Origin: Flavobacteriales bacterium
Lineage (GTDB): Bacteria; Bacteroidota; Bacteroidia; Flavobacteriales; TMED113
Assembly (NCBI GenBank): GCA_002718895.1
Contig: PBGD01000002.1
Coordinates: forward strand, 800-64,799
Direction: 5' to 3'
DNA length: 64,000 nt
Shown here: one piece after another, positions 28,657-39,160 of the stretch
Numbering within the stretch: the first letter of the stretch is position 1
Layout: each line of letters begins with the position of its first letter
The notes under the pieces: model-generated
Database searches by the model: none
Seen by the model: the letters and a program-made list of their open reading frames with translations, nothing else
What the model was told of the DNA's origin: nothing
Made by a program: the position numbers and the translations under genes

Positions 28657-29494
28657 TTAATTCAAAGTTATTGTTAATAATTGCCTCTTCAACAAGCTCA
28701 TATTCAATATTATTAATTAATTCCTTTTTTCTTTTATTAATTAAAATATTTTTAATAATTGAAGATACATATTCTAATGGTGATGAAGTTCCTTTTGGAC
28801 AAAAATTTTGAACATTAACCAAATATGTAAATAATGAATCATTTAATTCAAAATTAGATTTTTTTTTCAATAATGTTCTGGTTTGATTAAAAATATAATT
28901 TCCCTCAATGGGAAGTTGTTTAGAAAAATCCGTCCAGCTAATCCAGTTATTAGAGTCAAAATAAAATTGCTCAGCATATTGTAAACAATATTCCTGGATA
29001 GTATCAATATTTTGCTCATTTATTTGACTAAAATTGCTTGTTAAAAAATTAATATTCGGAGCAATATTACGTATTTTAATGTATTGAACTTTAATAATAT
29101 CTTCTTTTAGACGAAAGTTTTCTTTATATTTTTCAAAATAGTCTATTATAAGTGAATCTGATATAATAGTATCTAAGTTCTCTTGGATTATAGCTTCTTT
29201 ATAATAATGTATCAATAGTGATTGTCTATATACGTTTAATAAACTATCAATATAATGTGGGTGACTTTTAAAATTAAACTCTGCTTTTTTGAGCAACAAC
29301 TTTTGAGTAGCCCAATTATTAGCAAAATTTTTCACAAATAACACACTATCTTGAAAAGATGGAGGAGAAGGTATTTGATCTAAATATAAACACTCATCAT
29401 AAACTTTGGCTATACACAAACGGTTTTCTTGTCTATTATCACATGATGAAAGTATAAGGATTAATAATACAACATAATTAACTCTATCAAACAT
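28649..29494 (-). CDS. Hypothetical lipoprotein within the PPIase/chaperone cluster
   Basis: Lipobox-like leader LILILSSC. No parvulin motif visible. Overlaps both neighbours' ends, so it is presumably co-transcribed. Confidence 0.4.
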   Translation of the reverse strand: MFDRVNYVVLLILILSSCDNRQENRLCIAKVYDECLYLDQIPSPPSFQDSVLFVKNFANNWATQKLLLKKAEFNFKSHPHYIDSLLNVYRQSLLIHYYKEAIIQENLDTIISDSLIIDYFEKYKENFRLKEDIIKVQYIKIRNIAPNINFLTSNFSQINEQNIDTIQEYCLQYAEQFYFDSNNWISWTDFSKQLPIEGNYIFNQTRTLLKKKSNFELNDSLFTYLVNVQNFCPKGTSSPLEYVSSIIKNILINKRKKELINNIEYELVEEAIINNNFELNE

Positions 29495-29496
29495 GT

Positions 29497-31617
29497 TTAT
29501 TTGATTTCTGTTGTATATATTTGATTATCCCAACCAAAGAAAATGTTAGCACTAGATCCCATTTGCTTAACAGTTCTAGCAAATAATGAATTGAAATTTT
29601 CTAAAAGGTTAACTTTTTTTTGATTCACATCAGTTTCTTTTAAAGAATACTCTTTGTTTTTAACTTTTGTAAATAAGTTTTCATTGATAACAATTTGATA
29701 TTTATTTTCTAGCTCTTCTAGCCATTTCTTTTCCAAAAATGATTGATAATCTGAAATAACCATTCCTTTAATTTCAGACAATAATTTAGGTGTCTCATTA
29801 ATAACATCTTGTATTATAATGACTTTATCAAACTCTTCAACAAATAGAATTGATTTTTTTTCAAAATCTTTTAAGTTTTTAGAAAAAACTAAACTATCTA
29901 CAATATCATCATCTCCTTCACTTAGCAAAAGTTCCTCAATAGATAAGTTTAAAGTAGTTTTATTATTTATAGACTTTAATATGCTTAGATCATCAGGAAT
30001 ACCATATTTTAACTTTCTATAGACTTTAGAATTAATATTTGCATTTTTTGAAGAATAAATTTTTACTAAAACTCGTTGAGGCCATTTATAATTATCACGA
30101 TTTATTTCAAAAAAATTCTTCAATCCAAGTGTGTCATTTATGGCTTTATCCCACACTTTTTCTTTTTGAATTTGATACATTAAAATACCATCATGATATT
30201 CATTAAATAACAATCTAAAATCATCATATTTGGCCTCTAAATTATTGCTTTCAATTTCTAAAATTTTTTGCTCTTTAAAAGTACTAAGAAGTTGATTTAA
30301 AACTGATTTTAAATTTTCGTTTTTATTGATTCTTGATTTAAATGAATAAAAAAAATCTACAAAGTCACTTTGATAAATATATCTTTGTTGAACATCATAT
30401 TGGTTGTTAAAAACAAATAAAATGTCGTCTTTTCCAGTCAAACTATTTTGCATCTCTTCAAGTGATAAGTTGTTTGAATTATTAAGTAAATTTATTAAAG
30501 ACTTTTTTGCATACATATTCTCAACAAATCCCCACTCTTGAATTAATTTTTGTATAACTACATCTCTGGTTTTTTGTGATCTAGAATCTCTTTCAATTCG
30601 CTTTTTTAGAGATTCTCGCATTTCTTCAAAATTTGGCAACAACTTTTTATCTAATAATTTTACAATATGCCATCCAAAATCTGTTTTAAAGGGTAGTGAA
30701 ATATCACCAATAGAATCTAGTGAAAATGAAACATTTTCAAATTCTGAGACCATTTTGTTTGTGCCAAACCAATCTAACTCACCACCCGCTTGAGCAGATT
30801 TTGTATCGTCAGAAAAGCGTTTTGCTATATCAGAAAAACTAACACCCATTTTTAGAGAATCATAAACTTCATATATTTTTTTTTCAGCAACATCATCTTT
30901 ATCAGAGTTCAATTTCTTTCTCTCTTTAATAAGAATATGAGCTACTTTAACTTCCCCCCTTGACTTTCGTTTATCATTGATTTTCAAAATATGGTATCCA
31001 AACCTAGTTCTAATAGGATTAGAGTAATTACCAACAGGAGTTGTAAAAGCAGCTGTTTCAAACGGGTAAACCATATACAAAGCGGAGAAATATCCTAAAT
31101 TTCCATTATTTTCTTTTACAGAAGGGTCCTCTGAAAAACGTTTTGCTAAATCAACAAAATCAGCACCATTATTTAATTTATTTTGAATTTCTAAAATTTT
31201 ATTATAGGCATTTATAGTGTCATTTTCTTTAGTTTGAATAAGAATATGGCTTGCAGAGACCTCATATTGTAATCTTTCATATGCTTCCGTTAATAATTGA
31301 TCAGAAACATTTATATCAGTAAGATATGGTTTGATTAACTGTGATCTATATCCACTTAACTCTCTTTGGAAAGATTGTGTAGTATCAATACCTAATTTTT
31401 CAGCTTCTACAACTTTTAATTTGAATTTTATATACAAATCAATATACTCACTAATAGATTGCTCAAATGAAAGAGTATCACTATCTAATTTATTTTTAAA
31501 ATAATTTTTTAAAAAATCATCAACATGAACTTCAGAGTTTGCAACTTTAAATAAAATATCTTGTTGAGCAGAAGATAACATTGTAATAAATAAAAAGTAA
31601 AAAAAGATATTTCTCAT
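29497..31617 (-). CDS. Large SurA/PpiD-like peptidyl-prolyl isomerase with two parvulin domains
   Basis: Signal peptide. Two parvulin units (SASHILI...NGNLGYF...TRFGYHILK and VAHILI...GGELDWFG...TDFGWHIVK). Confidence 0.75.
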   Translation of the reverse strand: MRNIFFYFLFITMLSSAQQDILFKVANSEVHVDDFLKNYFKNKLDSDTLSFEQSISEYIDLYIKFKLKVVEAEKLGIDTTQSFQRELSGYRSQLIKPYLTDINVSDQLLTEAYERLQYEVSASHILIQTKENDTINAYNKILEIQNKLNNGADFVDLAKRFSEDPSVKENNGNLGYFSALYMVYPFETAAFTTPVGNYSNPIRTRFGYHILKINDKRKSRGEVKVAHILIKERKKLNSDKDDVAEKKIYEVYDSLKMGVSFSDIAKRFSDDTKSAQAGGELDWFGTNKMVSEFENVSFSLDSIGDISLPFKTDFGWHIVKLLDKKLLPNFEEMRESLKKRIERDSRSQKTRDVVIQKLIQEWGFVENMYAKKSLINLLNNSNNLSLEEMQNSLTGKDDILFVFNNQYDVQQRYIYQSDFVDFFYSFKSRINKNENLKSVLNQLLSTFKEQKILEIESNNLEAKYDDFRLLFNEYHDGILMYQIQKEKVWDKAINDTLGLKNFFEINRDNYKWPQRVLVKIYSSKNANINSKVYRKLKYGIPDDLSILKSINNKTTLNLSIEELLLSEGDDDIVDSLVFSKNLKDFEKKSILFVEEFDKVIIIQDVINETPKLLSEIKGMVISDYQSFLEKKWLEELENKYQIVINENLFTKVKNKEYSLKETDVNQKKVNLLENFNSLFARTVKQMGSSANIFFGWDNQIYTTEIK

Positions 31618-31636
31618 AATTTATATTTTAAATTAA

Positions 31637-33097
31637 TTAACGACTATAATTTGGTGCCTCCTTTGTAATTGTCACATTATGTGGATGACTTTCATGAATA
31701 CTTGCATTTGTAATTTTTGTAAATTTTGACTTTCTTAACATAACTAAATTTTGAGCTCCACAGTAACCCATACCAGATCTTAAACCACCAATATATTGAA
31801 ACAAAACTTCTGACAACTTACCTTTAAATGGTACTCTACCTACAATACCTTCTGGAATCATCTTTTTAGTATTTTTAGAACTTTGAAAATATCTTTCTGC
31901 AGAACCACGTTGCATTGCATCAATTGATCCCATTCCACGATAGGTTTTAAATTTACGCCCTTCATATATAATTGTTTCACCTGGAGACTCCTCAAGTCCA
32001 GCTAGTAAAGAACCTAACATAACAGACGATGCACCTCCAGCCAATGCTTTAACAATATCACCTGAAAATCTAATACCACCATCAGCAATTACAGGCACAT
32101 TTTCTGAATTTGCAACTTTTGACACTTCATATATTGCAGTTAATTGAGGAACACCAACACCAGAAATAATTCTTGTTGTACAAATTGAACCTGGACCAAT
32201 ACCTACTTTAATAGCATCTGCACCTTGAGAAATTAATAATTTTGCAGCACTAGGAGTGGCAATATTGCCTACGACACAATCAACATTGCTAATTTTTGAT
32301 TTTATTTCTTTCAAAGTATCTAGAACAAGTTTACTGTGAGCATGAGCCGTATCAATAACTAAAGCATCTACACCCACCTCAACTAACTTTTCAGCTCTAT
32401 ATATAGCTTCCTCACCTACACCAATTGCAGCTGCGACTCGCAATCTACCTAGTGAATCTTTACATGCTTTTGGCTGTTCTTTTACCTTCATAATATCTCT
32501 GTACGTAATTAGGCCAATTAATTTATCTTTGTCATCAATAATAGGTAATTTTTCAATACGATTTTTTTGTAAAATTTTTTCTGCATCTTTTAAAGATGTT
32601 CCTTTTTTTGCAGTAATTAATCCCTTTGAAGTCATGATTTTATCTAGAGATTTATTTAAATTTTTTTCAAACCGTAAATCACGCTTTGTTACAATACCAA
32701 CTAATTGTTGTCTATCATTAAGTATTGGTATTCCTCCAATATTATTTTCTAACATCAAATTTTTTGCACTTGAAGCTTTTGCATCGCTTAATAAAGTAAT
32801 AGGATTCAAAATAACACCACTTTCTGATCTCTTAACATTTTTTATTTGTTTCACTTGGTCTTGTACACTCATATTTTTATGAATGACTGATATACCTCCC
32901 TCCCTTGATAATGCAATAGCCATTTCTGATTCAGAAATAGTATCCATAGCTGCTGAAACAACTGGGATACTTAATTGAATATTTTTTGAAAACTGAGATG
33001 TGGTAGATACATCAGACGGCAAACATGAAGAGTAAGCAGGAACTAACAGTACATCATCAAATGTAAAACCTTCATTTAACACTTTATCAAAATTCAT
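31637..33097 (-). CDS. guaB: IMP dehydrogenase
   Basis: TIM barrel with inserted CBS pair. Catalytic loop VGIGPGSICTTR. GGIRFSGDIVKALAGGA. Confidence 0.95.
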   Translation of the reverse strand: MNFDKVLNEGFTFDDVLLVPAYSSCLPSDVSTTSQFSKNIQLSIPVVSAAMDTISESEMAIALSREGGISVIHKNMSVQDQVKQIKNVKRSESGVILNPITLLSDAKASSAKNLMLENNIGGIPILNDRQQLVGIVTKRDLRFEKNLNKSLDKIMTSKGLITAKKGTSLKDAEKILQKNRIEKLPIIDDKDKLIGLITYRDIMKVKEQPKACKDSLGRLRVAAAIGVGEEAIYRAEKLVEVGVDALVIDTAHAHSKLVLDTLKEIKSKISNVDCVVGNIATPSAAKLLISQGADAIKVGIGPGSICTTRIISGVGVPQLTAIYEVSKVANSENVPVIADGGIRFSGDIVKALAGGASSVMLGSLLAGLEESPGETIIYEGRKFKTYRGMGSIDAMQRGSAERYFQSSKNTKKMIPEGIVGRVPFKGKLSEVLFQYIGGLRSGMGYCGAQNLVMLRKSKFTKITNASIHESHPHNVTITKEAPNYSR

Positions 33098-33148
33098 ATA
33101 TAAAAATTAAAAGGAAGGCAAATTTACTAAAAATAGTATATAAAAACA

Positions 33149-34090
33149 CTAAATATTATCTACTCTAGATTTCTCAAAATTAAATTCACTAATAATTTTA
33201 TTTATAATTTCAGCGGCGGAATCTATAGAATCTAATAATGATGCAACCTGACCAATTTCTAATTCACCCTCAATTAAATTTCCATTAAACATACCTTTTT
33301 TTGCTCTTCCTTTTCCCAAAAGCAGTTTCAATTGATGCACAGAATACTTGTCCTCATAAGCCTTTTGCACTTTTGAAAAAAAATCATTTTTAATCATACG
33401 AACAGGAGTTAATTCCTTAAGAGTTAAAACTGTATCACCATCTTTAAGAGATAAAATCTTATTTTTAAAATTAATATGAGCTGAGCTTTCTTTTGAAACA
33501 ACAAATCTACTCCCAATTTGGACAGCATCTGCTCCAAGAACCATAGCTGCTAACATAGATTTTCCTGAAGAAATTCCACCAGCAGCAATGAGAGGAATTT
33601 GAACATGTTTTCTAACTAGAGGTACTAAACAAAAAGTAGTTGTTTCATCCCTTCCATTATGACCACCAGCTTCAAAACCTTCACAAACTATTGCATCAAC
33701 ACCAGCTTCAATTGCTTTAAGAGCATATTGAAGATTTGACACAACATGTACCACTTTAATATTATTTTTTTTTAATTTTTCAGTCCAAATACTGGGATTA
33801 CCAGCCGAAGTAAAAACAATGGGAACTTTTTCTTTAATAACAATATCAATATGCTCTGATGCATAGGGAAATAATAAAGGTATATTAACTCCAAAATTTA
33901 AATTTGTATTTTCTCGACATTGACGTATATGATGTATAAGCACTTCTGGTTTCATAGAGCCTGATCCAATTAGCCCTAAGCCACCTGAGTTAGTGACAGC
34001 AGAAGCTAAACGCCAACCACTACACCATACCATACCTCCCTGAATAATTGGATATTTTATATTAAATAAATCTTTTATTTTATTTTTCAC
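33149..34090 (-). CDS. Nitronate monooxygenase / NPD-family FMN oxidoreductase (FabK-like)
   Basis: YPIIQGGMVWCS, GGLGLIGSGS, EGFEAGGHNG, IAAGGISSG. Confidence 0.8.
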   Translation of the reverse strand: MKNKIKDLFNIKYPIIQGGMVWCSGWRLASAVTNSGGLGLIGSGSMKPEVLIHHIRQCRENTNLNFGVNIPLLFPYASEHIDIVIKEKVPIVFTSAGNPSIWTEKLKKNNIKVVHVVSNLQYALKAIEAGVDAIVCEGFEAGGHNGRDETTTFCLVPLVRKHVQIPLIAAGGISSGKSMLAAMVLGADAVQIGSRFVVSKESSAHINFKNKILSLKDGDTVLTLKELTPVRMIKNDFFSKVQKAYEDKYSVHQLKLLLGKGRAKKGMFNGNLIEGELEIGQVASLLDSIDSAAEIINKIISEFNFEKSRVDNI

Positions 34091-35678
34091 TTAATTTTAA
34101 TATTAAATTCGAATAATTTGAGTTATGATGTTTAACAAAATAGAAACCCGGCTTATGCTTTTCTAATTCATCGATTATTACTAAAGATTGATTTTGGTAA
34201 ATTTTTTTTTGAAAAATTAATTGACCGAGCGAATTAAGTATTTCAATTTCAAAATCATAATTAAAATCATGAGATATATAAAAATTATCAACAAATGGAT
34301 TGGGATAGATGGATAAAAAATTATAATTAGATGAAATTTCAAGAGAATTTAGGTACGCATTATAAAAATTAGGAATACCATAACCTATAGAATCATTAGG
34401 GCTATCAAATAAATGTGACGATTCTTCAATTAAATTTAATAATTGCATATTATTTAATGTTGGTTTCGATTCCCATAGACATGCTGCTAAACCTGCAATT
34501 AAAGGAGCAGAAAAAGAAGTGCCATTTGCAACTCGAATTGTAGAATCTAAATCTGCTACAACTGTATAAACTCCTTGTGCACATACATTGGGTTTGATTC
34601 TACCATCAACAGTAGGTCCACGAGAGCTAAATGAAGCAACATCACCAGATGAATTAACGGCACCAACAGCTAACACACTATCTCCGTCAGCTGGTGCACC
34701 TATATAATACCAATCAGAATTTCCACTATTTCCAGCACTGTTGACAACAAGAATTCCTTTAGAAGCAGCAAAGTCAGCAGCATTAGTAATAATAGTTGTG
34801 TTGCCATCCATATCAAGATAGGAATGACTATTTATCATATCATCATATAAAATTGTATAGCCTAAAGACGAATTGATTATATCAACACCCACCGAATCAG
34901 CATACTCTGCGGCGGCTGCCCAATAATCTTCTTCTATTAAAGTTTCTGATTTTGAATCTTCAGTTCTAAATAACATATAACTTGCTTCAGGTGCAGAACC
35001 GATTAAACTATCTGGCATAAATCCAGCCATTGCAGAAAGAACCATTGTTCCATGAGAACTTCCGTTAAAAACATTATCATCATTATCAACAAAATCAAAA
35101 GTTTCTAAAATCTTCTCATTTTCCCACAAATGATGAAATAAAGGCAATTCTTCTACACCGTTAAATCCAGCATCAAAAACTGCTATAACAATATTGTTAC
35201 CTAAATATCCTGAATTATGTAATTCTATACCACCCAACATATTAATTTGGTTATATGATGTACCATAAGGCAATGATTCAGATTGTCTAAATGAAGCATC
35301 TAGTGTAACATCACAATCATATTTTGTAAGTTTTTTTTGATTAATAAATTTATTTAATGGCATTATTTTTTTCACAAAACTATAATTTATTATTTCTAAT
35401 AAATCATCTTTATTATTTACAGAAACTGAAACAGCATTTAACCATCTAGATTGATGTCTAATTTTAATATTATGTTGTTTTAAAGTGTCAAGATAATTTT
35501 GACATATTGACAAATCATGAATATCAAATTTTATTTTCTTGCTTAGTCTTTTTTGAATTGAATTTTGACTTAAACTAATTTGAGGATTACAGTCTTTGTT
35601 ATCAAAATAAATCCACCAATCAGTAATTTGTGCTTTTGAAAAACTTAAAATTAAAAAAAATAAAACTAAGCTGCGCAT
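34080..35678 (-). CDS. Secreted S8 subtilisin-family serine peptidase with canonical T9SS type A C-terminal domain
   Basis: Signal peptide. Triad contexts VFDAGF, SSHGTMV, NGTSFSAPLIAG. C-terminal LSIYPNPFVDNFYI...PGFYFVK... tail. Confidence 0.8.
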   Translation of the reverse strand: MRSLVLFFLILSFSKAQITDWWIYFDNKDCNPQISLSQNSIQKRLSKKIKFDIHDLSICQNYLDTLKQHNIKIRHQSRWLNAVSVSVNNKDDLLEIINYSFVKKIMPLNKFINQKKLTKYDCDVTLDASFRQSESLPYGTSYNQINMLGGIELHNSGYLGNNIVIAVFDAGFNGVEELPLFHHLWENEKILETFDFVDNDDNVFNGSSHGTMVLSAMAGFMPDSLIGSAPEASYMLFRTEDSKSETLIEEDYWAAAAEYADSVGVDIINSSLGYTILYDDMINSHSYLDMDGNTTIITNAADFAASKGILVVNSAGNSGNSDWYYIGAPADGDSVLAVGAVNSSGDVASFSSRGPTVDGRIKPNVCAQGVYTVVADLDSTIRVANGTSFSAPLIAGLAACLWESKPTLNNMQLLNLIEESSHLFDSPNDSIGYGIPNFYNAYLNSLEISSNYNFLSIYPNPFVDNFYISHDFNYDFEIEILNSLGQLIFQKKIYQNQSLVIIDELEKHKPGFYFVKHHNSNYSNLILKLSEK

Positions 35679-35716
35679 AAATCTTAATTATTAAAATACT
35701 AACTTAATGATTTTAA

Positions 35717-36412
35717 TTATTCTTGATTAGAATCTATAAGTTTACCTTTATTATACAATTCAATATTAATAATATCACCATCAATATTATATGATTTCCA
35801 AATTGAATCTTTCAACCCCTTATAAAACAAGCCTTCTGTTTCTATATTCATATTATTATTATTAAAATAAAAAGTTGCTTTTCCGTGAAGTAGGTTATTT
35901 AAATAGTGTGATGACATACTAATATAACCAGATTGATAATAAATATTTGAGACACCATTTTTTTCACCATTTAAAAATGTATACATTTCTGACTTAAGAC
36001 CATCTTGAAAATAAACACAATGACCATTCAAATTACCCATTTTATAATTTTCTTCTGCAATCTTTTCCCCATCTTGATTAAAGAAAATCCAAAGACTATC
36101 TTTAAGTTGATTTTGATAAGTCCCCTGAGACTGGATTACACCATTTGAATAAAATAAAACTGCTGAACACGTCACTCCAGGTTCAATATAATTTAATTCA
36201 ATTACTTTATTCCCTAATAAGTCATAATAATTAAACACACCAGTTTCTTTACCATTTTTAAAATGACCTTTAAATTTCATCTTACCATTTTCATGATATC
36301 CTAGCCACACACCCTCCCTTAAGCCATTTTGATTAAAATTATTTTGACAAATTCCAAATACAGAAATATTAAAAAATATAATAAATAAATTAACTTTTAT
36401 TTGATTCTTCAT
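35717..36412 (-). CDS. MORN-repeat-variant (YwqK-like) protein
   Basis: Signal peptide, then repeated G.W..Y..NG......F.NG...G units. Confidence 0.55.
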   Translation of the reverse strand: MKNQIKVNLFIIFFNISVFGICQNNFNQNGLREGVWLGYHENGKMKFKGHFKNGKETGVFNYYDLLGNKVIELNYIEPGVTCSAVLFYSNGVIQSQGTYQNQLKDSLWIFFNQDGEKIAEENYKMGNLNGHCVYFQDGLKSEMYTFLNGEKNGVSNIYYQSGYISMSSHYLNNLLHGKATFYFNNNNMNIETEGLFYKGLKDSIWKSYNIDGDIINIELYNKGKLIDSNQE

Positions 36413-37544
36413 ATATGTTGTTAAATTTTAATACTAAAGCATCCCATCCATAATTTGCTTTTTTTTCACTAACAAATTTAGAAAAAGATTTTTTTCTATT
36501 ATTCAAATAAAAATCTTCTAATGCTCGAATAATAGACTCTTTTTGTACGTCAACCAAATAACCATCTTTACCATGGTTAATATATTCTGACAAACCACCA
36601 ACTTTTGTTAAAAGAAGTGGCTTATTAAAATTATATGCAATCATAGATACACCACTTTGAGTAGCAGAAAGATAGGGTTGCACAACAATATCCGAAGCAC
36701 AAAAAAAATTCACTACTTCATGATTAGGGACATAATTAGGATATAAAAATATTCGTTTTTCTTTGTGATTAATTTGCTTTATTTTTTCTTCATACTTTTG
36801 TTTTGAATTATAAAATTCACCAGCAACAATAAGTTGAATATTAAGTTTTTCTATTCTTTTTGATTTCATAACATCAAGTAATAGATCTAAACCTTTATAC
36901 TTTCTAATCAAACCAAAGAACAATATGTAGTTTTTACATTTTATATTATTTATACCTAATCTTTTTAATGCGTTTTTTTGCGATATAATACTACCAAAAA
37001 TATCATAAGTTGGATGAGGAGAAACAACTGCGATTTTATCAGTTTTATGAAGGTATTTTTTTAAATGACTCATTACTAAATCGGACATTACTAAGAATGC
37101 GCTACAGGATTTAATAAAAATAGATGAAAAAAAATTTTGAAAAGGAAATGACTCGTGAGGAACTATATTATCAATCCACCCAATTACAAATATTGATTTC
37201 TTTTTCAAAAGAAGTAAAATTGAACTTAAACAAATTGAAAAATATGGATGCCAATATCTTACAATTACATAATTTGGTTGTTGTGAAATAATATACTTAG
37301 CTGTTTTTATCCAAGAAAATGGATTCAAAGTATTAATCAAAGTGATAATATTTGAAATAGAATTTTCTTCAGTATCTGTAGTTTGTTTAGATCCAGGAAA
37401 AAGAAAATTAGGATATTGAAGACTATATGAAATAATCTCTGAACTGTAACCAGCTTTTAGAAAAGAATTATGCAATGCATGATTACTTTCAGCAATACCG
37501 CCTCTTAGAGGATATGCCGGACCTATTATGATTATTTTCAACAA
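36390..37544 (-). CDS. Glycosyltransferase family 1/4
   Basis: GT-B architecture. C-terminal region VQPYLSATQSGVSMIAYNFNKPLL..KVGGLSEYI. Confidence 0.7.
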   Translation of the reverse strand: MLKIIIIGPAYPLRGGIAESNHALHNSFLKAGYSSEIISYSLQYPNFLFPGSKQTTDTEENSISNIITLINTLNPFSWIKTAKYIISQQPNYVIVRYWHPYFSICLSSILLLLKKKSIFVIGWIDNIVPHESFPFQNFFSSIFIKSCSAFLVMSDLVMSHLKKYLHKTDKIAVVSPHPTYDIFGSIISQKNALKRLGINNIKCKNYILFFGLIRKYKGLDLLLDVMKSKRIEKLNIQLIVAGEFYNSKQKYEEKIKQINHKEKRIFLYPNYVPNHEVVNFFCASDIVVQPYLSATQSGVSMIAYNFNKPLLLTKVGGLSEYINHGKDGYLVDVQKESIIRALEDFYLNNRKKSFSKFVSEKKANYGWDALVLKFNNIYEESNKS

Positions 37545-37545
37545 A

Positions 37546-38478
37546 TTAAAATCCTATTTTTTCATTAATTTTTTTCAAATCAGCTTTAGAATTATTTTTA
37601 AGAATCAATTCACCAATAAATCCAGCTAAAAAAAGTTGTGTACCTATCAACATACATAAAATACCTAAGTAAAAAAGAGGTCTATCAGTCATATTAGATT
37701 GAAACAAAAACAACTTTGTATAAGTTAAATATATAGCAATCACAAAACCTATCAGAAAAAAGAACAAACCTAAAAAACCAAAAAAATGCATTGGACTCTT
37801 ACCAAACTTATTTAAAAAAGAAATTGAAATTAGGTCTAGCAAACCATTAGAAAACCTACTTAATCCATACTTTGTTTTACCAAATGATCTTTTCCTGTGG
37901 TTAACAATCTTTTCACCTATTTTCTTATATCCTGCATGGTGAGCAATTAAAGGAATGTATCTATGCATTTCACCAGACAAATCGATAGACTTTACTAATT
38001 TATTAGAATAGGACTTTAAACCACAATTAAAATCATTAAGTGGTATTCCTGACACAATTCTAGTGGTCCAATTATATAATTTAGTTGGTATAGTTTTGGA
38101 CAAAGGATCTAAACGACGTTTTTTCCAACCTGAAACCATGTCAAATCCATCATCATTTATCATTTTATATAGACTAATAATTTCATTTGGGTCATCTTGC
38201 AAATCAGCGTCCATAGTTATAATTACTTCTCCAATAGAATACTTAAATCCTGCATCTAAAGCAACAGATTTTCCCATATTTTGCATCAATTGTATGCCTT
38301 TAACATGTTTATTTTGAATTGCTTTAACTATATCCCAAGTACCATCATCACTTCCATCATCAATAATTATTATTTCGTATAATAGATGTGAAGAGTTTAA
38401 GGCACTGTTAATTTCATTAACCAGTATATCTATTGATTCAGACTCATTATATGCTGGAATAATAATCGATAAGTTCAT
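37546..38478 (-). CDS. Family 2 glycosyltransferase, polyprenol-phosphate sugar transferase type
   Basis: LSIIIPAYNE, IIIDDGSDDGT, MDADLQDDP, plus two C-terminal TM helices. Confidence 0.85.
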   Translation of the reverse strand: MNLSIIIPAYNESESIDILVNEINSALNSSHLLYEIIIIDDGSDDGTWDIVKAIQNKHVKGIQLMQNMGKSVALDAGFKYSIGEVIITMDADLQDDPNEIISLYKMINDDGFDMVSGWKKRRLDPLSKTIPTKLYNWTTRIVSGIPLNDFNCGLKSYSNKLVKSIDLSGEMHRYIPLIAHHAGYKKIGEKIVNHRKRSFGKTKYGLSRFSNGLLDLISISFLNKFGKSPMHFFGFLGLFFFLIGFVIAIYLTYTKLFLFQSNMTDRPLFYLGILCMLIGTQLFLAGFIGELILKNNSKADLKKINEKIGF

Positions 38479-38481
38479 AAC

Positions 38482-38964
38482 TTATTTTATTTTAATTACT
38501 AACAAAGATATAAGCGCAGAATATAGTGCGCAAGGAATTAAGCTAAATACATACGCTTGAAGTTGTTTTAAAAAACTAAAGTTATTCATAAAATTATTTT
38601 TATCCCCAATAATATAATCATCAAAATTAGTAATATAAAAATCAAAGTACTCAGAAATTAAATGCGGATCAAAGTAATTATAAAGTAAGAAATAATATAC
38701 TCTTAATATGATCAATGAAATAGCAAGAAATAAAAAACAAATTGAGAAATATGTTTTAAATGAAAAAAAAGAGGAATATTTAAATATATAAGTCACTATA
38801 AAGGAAAACAAGATCATAAATAACAATAAACTTACTGTGTAAAAACTTGGTTGTGGTAAAATATTTTTTGAATTTAAAACATAGAAAAATGATGTCCAAC
38901 AGATGCAAAAAAAACCAAATTTAGCACCATTGAAAAGTGCGTGTTCATAAATTTTTTTATCCAT
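38482..38964 (-). CDS. Small polytopic membrane protein (DUF4199-like)
   Basis: 160 aa with four hydrophobic segments. 3 nt upstream of the GT2 gene. The family call is from memory of conserved synteny. Confidence 0.4.
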   Translation of the reverse strand: MDKKIYEHALFNGAKFGFFCICWTSFFYVLNSKNILPQPSFYTVSLLLFMILFSFIVTYIFKYSSFFSFKTYFSICFLFLAISLIILRVYYFLLYNYFDPHLISEYFDFYITNFDDYIIGDKNNFMNNFSFLKQLQAYVFSLIPCALYSALISLLVIKIK

Positions 38965-38995
38965 AATTTAATTTTCCTAATAATAAAAATAGTAT

Positions 38996-39003
38996 TATTT
39001 TTG
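38996..39003 (+). promoter_or_regulatory. Candidate -7 box (TATTTTTG) for the SRP RNA gene
   Basis: Matches TAnnTTTG and ends about 5 nt before the first base-paired nucleotides of the SRP RNA. Confidence 0.3.
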
Positions 39004-39004
39004 C

Positions 39005-39106
39005 TTTGGGCAAGTCTTACGCAACCAGCTCCTATTGAACCTCCCCAGGGTCGGAAGACAGCAAGGATAAAGTAGTTGTAGCGGTGTGATGTAAATAGCT
39101 TGCCTT
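39005..39106 (+). ncRNA. ffs: Signal recognition particle RNA (small 4.5S-type SRP RNA)
   Basis: GC-rich island in an AT-rich intergenic region. Conserved helix 8: CCAGGGUC-GGAA-GACAGCAAGG, with a GGAA tetraloop and the AGCA/AGG loops. The 5' GGGCAAG pairs with the 3' AGCUUGCC. Followed by a T-run. Confidence 0.8.
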
Positions 39107-39113
39107 TTTTTAT

Positions 39114-39145
39114 ATAAAAAAAGCGGGAACAACCCGCTTTTTTAT
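39114..39145. terminator. Bidirectional intrinsic terminator hairpin
   Basis: AAAAAA-GCGGG-AACAA-CCCGC-TTTTTT, flanked by A-runs and T-runs. Lies between the ffs 3' end and the 3' end of the minus-strand gene at 39161. Confidence 0.6.
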
Positions 39146-39160
39146 AATAATATTTGAAAA

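Noticed and set aside
32529-32882. Antisense ORFs within guaB (32529..32882), the leucine dehydrogenase gene (41560..41877, 41670..41864), pnp (53835..54104, 54434..54652, 54714..54965, 55117..55332), rpoD (55692..55934, 56142..56363) and the mutase gene (22516..22707, 22861..23226, 23550..23741).
   Set aside because: All lie opposite highly conserved housekeeping genes and lack recognisable motifs. They are typical spurious ORFs of AT-rich sequence.
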